This document shows, in pieces, positions 57,346 to 64,000 of a stretch of 64,000 nt of DNA. How positions within the stretch are numbered: the stretch's first letter is position 1; the number at the start of each line of letters is the position of its first letter. Source of the stretch: Acetobacteraceae bacterium (GTDB taxonomy: Bacteria > Pseudomonadota > Alphaproteobacteria > Acetobacterales > Acetobacteraceae); the NCBI GenBank assembly GCA_965260995.1, contig CBDHCD010000003.1, positions 1,807,959 to 1,871,958 of the forward strand, written 5' to 3'. A program made the translations under genes and the position numbers. The notes beneath the pieces are model-generated. The model saw nothing but the letters and a program-made list of their open reading frames with translations, made no database searches and was not told the DNA's origin.

Positions 57346-58650
57346 ATGTCACGCAGACGAGACCACGGCGATTGGAAAAGCTCGAAGCCGCTGCGCGACG
57401 CCGGTGTGGTGGTGATCGGCGCGGGCGTGGCCGGGCTGTCTGCGACGCGGCGGCTGCGCGCGCAGGGCGTGCCGGTGACGCTGATCGAGGCCGGCGAGCG
57501 CGTCGGCGGGCGGGCGCACACGATCACCCTCGGCGGTCAGCCGTTCGACCGCGGCGCGTCCTGGCTGCACGATGCGGCGCGCAACCCGCTTGTCGCGCTG
57601 GCGACGGCGGAGGACGGGCTGTTCGACTCGGATCGGGCCGGGCAAACGCGGCTGAGCATCGGCGGCCGGGTGGCGACGGCGGCGGACCATGCCGCCTACG
57701 ATGCCGCGTGGGCGCGGTTCGAGGCGGTGGCCGGGCCAGCGCCGGACCGGTCGGACATGACTTTGGCCGAAGCGATGCGCCCGATGGCGCACGATCCGTG
57801 GGCCAGGCTGATCGCGGTGTGGGAGGGGGCGATCATTGCCGCCGCCGATGCGGACCGGCTCGGGGCGGACGATTGGCGGCGCAACCGGTTGGGCGGCCGC
57901 AACATGGTGGCGCCGGGCGGGATCGGGGCGTTCGTGACCCGGCACCTGGCCACGGCGGCGCGGCTGGGCACGCCAGCCCACCGGGTGAAATGGGGCGGGG
58001 ACGATGTTGAGGTGGAAACCCCGGCCGGAACGATCCGAGCGGGGGCGGCCATCGTCACCGTCTCGACCGGCGTGCTGGCAGGGGGCGGCATCCGGTTCGA
58101 TCCCCCATTGCCCGGCGCGGTCGAGGCGGCGATCCGGGCGTTGCCGATGGGATTGCTGAGCAAGATCGCCTTCCCCGCGCCGGAAGGCCGCCTCGGACTG
58201 GCGGCGAATACGTTGCTGGAAGACCGGGACGGGCGGATGACGTTCAACGCCTGGCCGCAGGGGCGCAGCCACTTGATAGGGTTTTACGGTGGCGCGTTGG
58301 CCTGGGAGGTCGCGCCGGACCCGCGGATGGCGCAGGACATGGCGCGCGCCGAGTTGAAGCGGATGCTGGGCACCGAGGCGGCGCGCGCCCTCGGCCCGGC
58401 AATCGCGGTGACGGATTGGGGCACCGATCCCCTGACGCTCGGGGCCTACGCCTACGCCGGGCCGGGAGATGCGGCGGCGCGGAGCGCCCTGGGTATGGCG
58501 TGCCTGGGCGGGCGGGTGCTGTTCGCGGGCGAAGCGACTCGGACCGACGGGCTGGCCGGAACCGTCGGCGGCGCGTTTCTCAGCGGTGCCGAGGCGGCGG
58601 ACCGGATCCTGGCGCTCGGGCCGGCTCAGATGCCGCGGGTATTGACGTAG
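57346..58650 (+). CDS. Flavin-containing amine oxidase family protein
   Basis: 'VVVIGAGVAGLSATRRLRAQGVPVTLIEAGERVGGR' dinucleotide-binding motif and C-terminal 'LFAGEAT....GTVGGAFLSG'. I chose ATG 57346 (alternative 57304). Confidence 0.85.
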   Translation: MSRRRDHGDWKSSKPLRDAGVVVIGAGVAGLSATRRLRAQGVPVTLIEAGERVGGRAHTITLGGQPFDRGASWLHDAARNPLVALATAEDGLFDSDRAGQTRLSIGGRVATAADHAAYDAAWARFEAVAGPAPDRSDMTLAEAMRPMAHDPWARLIAVWEGAIIAAADADRLGADDWRRNRLGGRNMVAPGGIGAFVTRHLATAARLGTPAHRVKWGGDDVEVETPAGTIRAGAAIVTVSTGVLAGGGIRFDPPLPGAVEAAIRALPMGLLSKIAFPAPEGRLGLAANTLLEDRDGRMTFNAWPQGRSHLIGFYGGALAWEVAPDPRMAQDMARAELKRMLGTEAARALGPAIAVTDWGTDPLTLGAYAYAGPGDAAARSALGMACLGGRVLFAGEATRTDGLAGTVGGAFLSGAEAADRILALGPAQMPRVLT

Positions 58651-59549
58651 AGGGCGTAGATCGATTGGGAGGCCGCCATGAACAGCCGGTTGCGACGGCG
58701 GCCGCCGAAGCACAGGTTGGCGCAGCGCTCCGGCAGGGCGATGCGGCCGATCGGCGCGCCGCCCGGGTTGAACACCATGACGCCGTCGAGTTCCGGCGTC
58801 CCCATTCCCCAGCCGCACCACAGGTTGCCGTCCTCGTCGATCCGAAAGCCGTCGGGCGTGCCGGGGCCCGCGTCGATGAAGGTGCGGCGGTTGGTGAGCG
58901 TGGTTCCGGCCACGTCGTAGGCCAGGATCTCGCGCGGCTCAGCCCGGCTGGCCACGACGTAGAGGATGCGCTCGCCGGGGGAGAAGGCGAGGCCGTTGGG
59001 GCCTGGCACATCATCGGCGACGACGCTCGCCTGCCCGGTCGCGGGATCGAGGCGGTAAACGGCGGCCGGCAGTTCCTGCTCGGCGCGGTTGCCTTCGTAG
59101 TCGCCCAGGAGGCCGAACGGCGGATCGGTGAACCAGATCGCGCCGTCCGAGGCGACGACGACGTCGTTGGGCGAGTTGAGCCGCTTGCCGTCGAAACGGT
59201 CGATCAACGTGATCACCGTGCCGTCGTGCTCGGTGCGGCTGACGCGGCGGGCGCCGTGCTCGCAGGTGACGAGGCGGCCCTGCTGGTCGCGGGTGTTGCC
59301 GTTGGCGTAGTCGCTCGGGCGGCGGTAGTCGCTCAATTGGCCGGTCTGCTCGTCCCACTTGACGATGCGATTGTTGGGAATGTCGCTGACCAGGAGGTGC
59401 CGCGCGTCGCCGAACCAGACCGGTCCTTCGGCCCAGCGCAGGCCGGTGCCCAGGCGCTCGACCGCCGAGAGCGCGAGCCGATACTTCGCGAAGCTGGGAT
59501 CGAGAATGTGAATTGCGGGATCCGGGTAGAACGAGCTTGCTTGCCACAT
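58626..59549 (-). CDS. SMP-30/gluconolactonase/LRE family protein
   Basis: 307 aa. Contains 'LRWAEGPVWFGDARHLLVSDIPNNRI', 'NSPNDVVVASDGAIWFTDP' and 'PNGLAFSP'. Confidence 0.9.
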   Translation of the reverse strand: MWQASSFYPDPAIHILDPSFAKYRLALSAVERLGTGLRWAEGPVWFGDARHLLVSDIPNNRIVKWDEQTGQLSDYRRPSDYANGNTRDQQGRLVTCEHGARRVSRTEHDGTVITLIDRFDGKRLNSPNDVVVASDGAIWFTDPPFGLLGDYEGNRAEQELPAAVYRLDPATGQASVVADDVPGPNGLAFSPGERILYVVASRAEPREILAYDVAGTTLTNRRTFIDAGPGTPDGFRIDEDGNLWCGWGMGTPELDGVMVFNPGGAPIGRIALPERCANLCFGGRRRNRLFMAASQSIYALYVNTRGI

Positions 59550-59682
59550 GCAACGTGCTCCTTGAGATGTCGTGGCGGCGTTGTATAGCGGAACTCCGGC
59601 GTCAAAAAGTTGTGGACGGGATGTAATGCATCCGAACCCCGCGCACGGCGTTGGCCGCTGGAGTCAGGCAATGGAGGCATGA

Positions 59683-61170
59683 ATGGCTGACAAACCGACG
59701 ATGACGACCGAGTTCGGCAACGCGATCGCCGACAACCAGAACTCCCTGACCGCCGGGCCGCGTGGCCCGATGCTGATGCAGGATTTCGCGCTGATCGAGA
59801 AGATGGCGCACTTCAACCGCGAGCGCGTGCCGGAACGCGTGGTGCATGCCAAGGGCTACGGTGCGCACGGCACGTTCACGGTGACGCACGACATCAGCCA
59901 GTACACCCGCGCCAAGCTGTTCGGGAAGATCGGCAATACCTGCCCGATGTTCGCGCGGTTCTCGACCGTGGGCGGCGAGAGCGGGTCCGCCGACGTGGCG
60001 CGCGACCCGCGCGGCTTCTCGCTGAAGTTCTACACTGAGGAGGGCAACTGGGACATGGTCGGCAACAACACGCCGATCTTCTTCGTTCGCGACCCGCTCA
60101 AGTTCAGCGACTTCATCCGCACCCAGAAGCGCGACCCGGGGACGCACCTGAAGCCGCACTGGCGCCGATGGGATTTCTGGGGCTTGTCGCCCGAGGCCGT
60201 GCACCAGGTCATGATCTTGTATTCGGATCGCGGCACCCCCGTCTCCGCCCGCTTCATGCACGGTTACGGCAGCCACACCTTCAGCTTCTGGAACAAGGAT
60301 GGCGAGCGGTTCTGGGTTAAGTTCCACTTCCTGAGCCAGCAGGGCATCAAGAACTGGACGGACAAGGAAGCCACGGCGATCATGGGTGAGAACCCGGACA
60401 GTTCGACCCAGGACCTGGCCGAGGCGATCGACAACGGCGATTTCCCGCGCTGGACCATGAAGATCCAGGTGATGCCGGAGAAGGACGCCGACACCTACAA
60501 ATGGCATCCGTTCGACCTCACCAAGGTATGGCCGCACGACGACTACCCGCTGATCGAGGTCGGCACGGTCGAGCTGAATCGCAATCCGGAGAACTACTTC
60601 GCTGAGGTGGAGCAAGCCGCATTCGAGCCGAGCAACGTCGTGCCCGGCATCGGCTTCAGCCCCGACAAGATGCTGCAGAACCGCATCCTGTCCTACCCGG
60701 ACGCGCACCGCTATCGCATCGGGGGCAACTATCAGCAGATCCCGATCAACAAGCCGCTCGCGCCGGTGGCCACCTACAACCGGGATGGCGCCCTGCGGGT
60801 GGACGGCAACGGCGGCGGCAAGGTGGACTACGAACCGAACTCGTTCGGCGGGCCGGTGGAGGATCCGTCGGTGAAGGAGCCGCCGTTGCGGATCGATGGT
60901 TCCGGCGACCGCTACAACAGCTACCCGTGCGACGATGAGGACTACTACGGCCAGCCACGGATGCTATGGGAGAAGTCGCTGGACGATCAGGGACGCCAGA
61001 ACCTGGTGGACAACATCGTCGCCAGCATGAGCAACCCGACGATCGCGTTGCAGAACCCGCGGCCGATCCAGGAACGGATGCTGCGCCACTGGTATAAGGT
61101 CCACCCTGATTTCGGCCGTCGCGTGGCCGAGGGCCTAGGGCTTGGCGAGGAGCGCAAAGCAGCCGAGTAG
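59683..61170 (+). CDS. katA: Monofunctional haem catalase (small-subunit type)
   Basis: 495 aa. Contains '[22 protein letters not shown]', '[43 protein letters not shown]' and '[14 protein letters not shown]'. Confidence 0.97.
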   Translation: MADKPTMTTEFGNAIADNQNSLTAGPRGPMLMQDFALIEKMAHFNRERVPERVVHAKGYGAHGTFTVTHDISQYTRAKLFGKIGNTCPMFARFSTVGGESGSADVARDPRGFSLKFYTEEGNWDMVGNNTPIFFVRDPLKFSDFIRTQKRDPGTHLKPHWRRWDFWGLSPEAVHQVMILYSDRGTPVSARFMHGYGSHTFSFWNKDGERFWVKFHFLSQQGIKNWTDKEATAIMGENPDSSTQDLAEAIDNGDFPRWTMKIQVMPEKDADTYKWHPFDLTKVWPHDDYPLIEVGTVELNRNPENYFAEVEQAAFEPSNVVPGIGFSPDKMLQNRILSYPDAHRYRIGGNYQQIPINKPLAPVATYNRDGALRVDGNGGGKVDYEPNSFGGPVEDPSVKEPPLRIDGSGDRYNSYPCDDEDYYGQPRMLWEKSLDDQGRQNLVDNIVASMSNPTIALQNPRPIQERMLRHWYKVHPDFGRRVAEGLGLGEERKAAE

Positions 61171-61194
61171 CTTTTCGCGACCACCACCGCCACG

Positions 61195-61227
61195 CCGGCG
61201 CGGTAACCCTTCCGGTTGCCGCGCCGG
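61195..61227 (+). terminator. Hairpin downstream of the catalase gene; candidate terminator
   Basis: ccggcgcggtaacc - cttcc - ggttgccgcgccgg. The stem is 14 bp with one G-U pair and is followed by tgctgtattc (T-rich). It overlaps the GTG 61227 start of the track ORF, which supports ATG 61245 for the SDR gene. Confidence 0.55.
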
Positions 61228-61244
61228 TGCTGTATTCAACCGGA

Positions 61245-61997
61245 ATGACTGAGTTTACCGGACGACGCGCCGTGGTAATGGGCGGCAGCCGAGGCATTGG
61301 CCGGGCCATCGCCCTCGGCTTTGCCCGCGCGGGCGCGTCAGTCGCGATCTGCGCCCGCGGCGCGGAGCCGCTGGAAAGCACGAAGCGCGAGATCGAAAGC
61401 TGCGGCGTGCCGGCGTTCGCGGCCTCCGCCGACCTGGCTGACCCCGACGCCATCGCGCGTTTCATGCCGGAAGCCGCGGCGGCCTTGGGCGGCATCAACA
61501 TCTTGGTCAACAACGCGTCGGGGTTCGGCCGCGCCGACGACGAGGCGAGCTGGGCGGCGTCGGTCGCCGTCGACCTGATGGCGATCGTCCGGGCCAGCGC
61601 CGCCGCGCTGCCGTTCCTGGAGCACGCGTCGGACGGGGCGATCGTCAACGTGGCCAGCATCTCCGCCCTGCGCGCGACGCAGCGCAACCCGGCCTACGGC
61701 GCGATCAAGGCGGCGGCGATGCACTACACCGCGAGCCAGGCGCGCATGTTGGCGGCGAGAGGCATTCGGGTGAACGCCGTCGCCCCCGGCTCGATCGAGT
61801 TCCCGGGCGGCACCTGGGAGCGGCGACGCACGGACGACCCGGCGCTCTACGACGCCACGCTGTCGCGCATCCCGTTCGGGCGCATGGGCGCCCCGGAGGA
61901 AGTGGCCGACGTGGTGCTGTTCCTCGCCTCGCCGCGGGCGCGGTGGGTGACGGGGCAGAGCATCGTCGTCGATGGCGGGCAGTTGCTTGGAGCCTGA
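61245..61997 (+). CDS. SDR family oxidoreductase
   Basis: 'RRAVVMGGSRGIGRAIA', 'NILVNNAS', 'YGAIKAA' (YxxxK) and 'GQSIVVDGG'. Confidence 0.9.
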   Translation: MTEFTGRRAVVMGGSRGIGRAIALGFARAGASVAICARGAEPLESTKREIESCGVPAFAASADLADPDAIARFMPEAAAALGGINILVNNASGFGRADDEASWAASVAVDLMAIVRASAAALPFLEHASDGAIVNVASISALRATQRNPAYGAIKAAAMHYTASQARMLAARGIRVNAVAPGSIEFPGGTWERRRTDDPALYDATLSRIPFGRMGAPEEVADVVLFLASPRARWVTGQSIVVDGGQLLGA

Positions 61998-62036
61998 GCG
62001 CATGGGCGACGTGACGGGCGGCGGCGCGGGCTGGTC

Positions 62037-63551
62037 GTGAACGGGGTCGATCTGAGGCGGCGCGCGCTGGTGGGCGCGGCGGCGGCGGCGAGTGTCGTAG
62101 GCAGCCTGCCCAGCATCGCGGCCGAGGACAAGCTGCCCTTCGATAGTCAAACGGTCCGCGGCTTGGCGCGCGCCCTGGCCGCCGCGCCCTACAAGCCGCC
62201 AGAGTCGGCGTTGCCGGAGGCGTTCGCCAATCTTGACTACGACGCTTACCGCCAGATCCGCTTCGACCCGAACCAGGCGCTGTGGCGCGGCGCCGGGCTG
62301 CCGTTCCAGGTGCAGTTGTTCCATCGCGGGTTCCTGTTCGCCAATCGAATGGAGCTGTTCGAGGTGGTGGACGGCCAGGCGCGGCCGGTCGTCTACCGCC
62401 CGGAGCTGTTCGATTTCGGTCCCAAGCTGCGCCCGCCGGAGGGCGACCTCGGCTTCGCCGGCTTCCGGTTGCACGCGCCGATCAACCGTCCCGACGTGTT
62501 CGACGAAGTGGCGGTGTTCCTCGGTGCGAGCTATTTCCGGGCGGTAGGGCGCGACCAGCAGTACGGCCTGTCGGCGCGCGGCCTGTCGCTCAAGACGGCG
62601 GACCCCGGCGGCGAGGAGTTCCCGCTGTTCCGCGCCTTCTACCTCGAACGGCCGCAGCCCGGCACCAACAGCGTCGTCGTCACCGGCCTGCTCGACAGCC
62701 CGAGCGCGGCCGGGGCGATGCGCGTCACGCTGCGGCCCGGCGACGACACGGTGATGGACGTCGAGCTGACGCTGTTCCCGCGCACGGACCTGGCCCAGCC
62801 GGGCATCGCCACCGGAACCAGCATGTTCCTATACGACGCCACCAACCGCACCGCCTTCGATGACTGGCGGCGGGCGGTCCACGACAGCAACGGGCTGATG
62901 ATGCTGACCGGGCGGGGCGAGCGGCTGTGGCGTCCGCTCTCGAACCCGCGCACGCTCCAGGTCAGCAGCTTCGTGGACGCCAGCCCGCGCGGCTTCGGGC
63001 TGATGCAGCGCACGCGCGGGTTGGCCGACTTCGATGACTTGGAAGCCCGCTACGAGAAGCGCCCGAGCCTGTGGGTGGAGCCGATCGGCGACTGGGGCGA
63101 AGGCGTCGTGCAGTTGGTGGAGATCCCGACGCGCGAGGAGATCCACGACAACATCGTCGCGTTCTGGCGGCCGAAGCAGCCGTTGCGGGCCAAGGGCGAG
63201 CACAACATCACCTACCGGCTGCACTGGTGCGCCTCCGCGCCGGTGCAGTCCGACCTGGCGCGGGTGATCCGGACCAGCGCCGGGGCAGGGTCGTCGGGGC
63301 GGGTGTTCGTGATCGACGTTGCCGGGCCGAAGCTCGCGGCGTTGGGCCCGGACACGGCGTTGGAAACCCGGGCCAGCGCCGACAAGGGCGCCATCAGCAA
63401 CGTGCTGGCGACCCCCAACCCGGAGCAGGGCGGCTGGCGCATGAGCTTCGAGATGAACCCGGGCGACGCCAAGCTGGTTGAGTTGCGCGCCACGCTGATG
63501 CAGGGCGACGCACCGCTGAGCGAGACCTGGGTCTACCGGTGGACGGCCTAG
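62037..63551 (+). CDS. opgG: Periplasmic glucan biosynthesis protein (OpgG/OpgD family, Tat-type leader)
   Basis: 504 aa. Contains 'RRRALVGAAAAASVVGSL', 'YDAYRQIRFDPNQALW', 'FQVQLFHRGFLF', and '...FAGFRLHAPIN...' onward. Confidence 0.92.
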   Translation: MNGVDLRRRALVGAAAAASVVGSLPSIAAEDKLPFDSQTVRGLARALAAAPYKPPESALPEAFANLDYDAYRQIRFDPNQALWRGAGLPFQVQLFHRGFLFANRMELFEVVDGQARPVVYRPELFDFGPKLRPPEGDLGFAGFRLHAPINRPDVFDEVAVFLGASYFRAVGRDQQYGLSARGLSLKTADPGGEEFPLFRAFYLERPQPGTNSVVVTGLLDSPSAAGAMRVTLRPGDDTVMDVELTLFPRTDLAQPGIATGTSMFLYDATNRTAFDDWRRAVHDSNGLMMLTGRGERLWRPLSNPRTLQVSSFVDASPRGFGLMQRTRGLADFDDLEARYEKRPSLWVEPIGDWGEGVVQLVEIPTREEIHDNIVAFWRPKQPLRAKGEHNITYRLHWCASAPVQSDLARVIRTSAGAGSSGRVFVIDVAGPKLAALGPDTALETRASADKGAISNVLATPNPEQGGWRMSFEMNPGDAKLVELRATLMQGDAPLSETWVYRWTA

Positions 63552-63592
63552 CCGCCGCCTTCCACGCCTTGCCCCCGGAGTCGCCGCTCGAC

Positions 63593-64000
63593 ATGCCGGT
63601 GCAGGACCTGGCTCGCGCCCCGGGCAAGGCAGCGCGGCCGCCGTCCTCGCCGCCCGGCATGGCATGGCGGCGGGCGTTGGTGCTGGGCGGCTCCGTGGTC
63701 ATGACGGCGCTGGCGGCGCGGGAGATGCACCTCGTGCTCGGGGTGACCGGGACGACGCCGCTCGAAGTCGCCATCCTGGTGCTGTTCACCAGCCTGTTCG
63801 CCTGGATCGCGTTGTCGCTGATCAGCAGCACGTGCGGGTTCGTCGCCATGCTGCGGCGCGGCGATGAGGCGGCCGGGCTAGACGCCGACGTGGCCGCCCT
63901 GCCCCGCACGGCGCTGCTGATGCCGGCCTACAACGAAGCGCCGGCGCGGATCATGGCGGCGCTCGCGGTGATCCACGCCGACCTGGCCCGGCTCGGCGCG
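63593..64000 (+). CDS. opgH: Glucans biosynthesis glucosyltransferase OpgH, N-terminal part; it continues past the right window edge
   Basis: Manual translation from ATG 63593 gives 'MPVQDLARAPGKAARPPSSPPGMAWRRALVLGGSVVMTALAAREMHLVLG...LFAWIALSLISSTCGF...TALLMPAYNEAPARIMAAL', which is OpgH-like (TM segments followed by the 'P.YNE' glycosyltransferase start). It is absent from the ORF track because no stop falls inside the window. The start is uncertain (TTG 63569 is possible). Confidence 0.8.
   Translation, partial: MPVQDLARAPGKAARPPSSPPGMAWRRALVLGGSVVMTALAAREMHLVLGVTGTTPLEVAILVLFTSLFAWIALSLISSTCGFVAMLRRGDEAAGLDADVAALPRTALLMPAYNEAPARIMAALAVIHADLARLGA

Noticed and set aside
59619-59633. GGATG-taatg-CATCC palindrome about 50 bp upstream of the catalase gene, considered as a peroxide-regulator site
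   Set aside because: The arms are only 5 bp and it does not resemble the long OxyR or Fur/PerR box patterns I know. It could easily be chance.

Overview
The window is about 70% GC by eye. Gene content and order (flgBC-fliE-fliQR-flhB, recA...alaS, choXWV/bet genes, HWE histidine kinase, a GTTC-N7-GTTC SOS box) indicate an alphaproteobacterial chromosome. An Acetobacteraceae/Rhodospirillales-like host is only a guess. I support about 55 protein-coding genes, listed left to right:
- A truncated IS4/IS701-like transposase at the left edge.
- A flagellar rod/export operon.
- recA and alaS, with two small genes between them.
- A peptidoglycan-recycling operon: anmK, a kinase-murQ fusion and nagA.
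- A TetR-regulated RND efflux pump.
- A cytochrome b / Mo-oxidoreductase pair.
- A PAS-HWE kinase with a receiver protein.
- A 9-kb minus-strand glycolate/glyoxylate block (glcDEF, glycerate kinase, glxR, hyi, gcl) with a divergent IclR regulator.
- A DUF4142 protein.
- An AT-rich island followed by a GH26-like hydrolase.
- The choline/betaine locus: choVW diverging from betI-betB-betA-betC-choX.
- dcp, a DnaQ-like exonuclease, a DsbD/ScsB-like reductase, a K+ channel and a nitroreductase.
- An acyl-CoA cluster: CoA-transferase, two ACADs and a crotonase.
- An amine oxidase, a lactonase, a catalase, an SDR, and opgG with the start of opgH.

I saw no rRNA, tRNA or CRISPR array, and no recognisable defence, toxin-antitoxin or prophage module. 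I therefore do not claim a novel multi-gene system.

The most unusual observations are:
- (1) betI and betB share one uninterrupted reading frame, giving a repressor-dehydrogenase fusion ORF.
- (2) A doubly truncated SIS-domain relic is still overlap-coupled to nagA.
- (3) A BadF-type kinase is fused to MurQ.
- (4) A 0.7-kb AT-rich, coding-poor island sits upstream of a leaderless GH26-like enzyme.
- (5) An adjacent ACAD pair looks like an alpha/beta heteromer.

Many long ORFs in the track are Arg/Pro/Gly-rich antisense or off-frame artefacts typical of high-GC DNA, and I discarded them. All family assignments rest on motif recognition by eye, not on searches.
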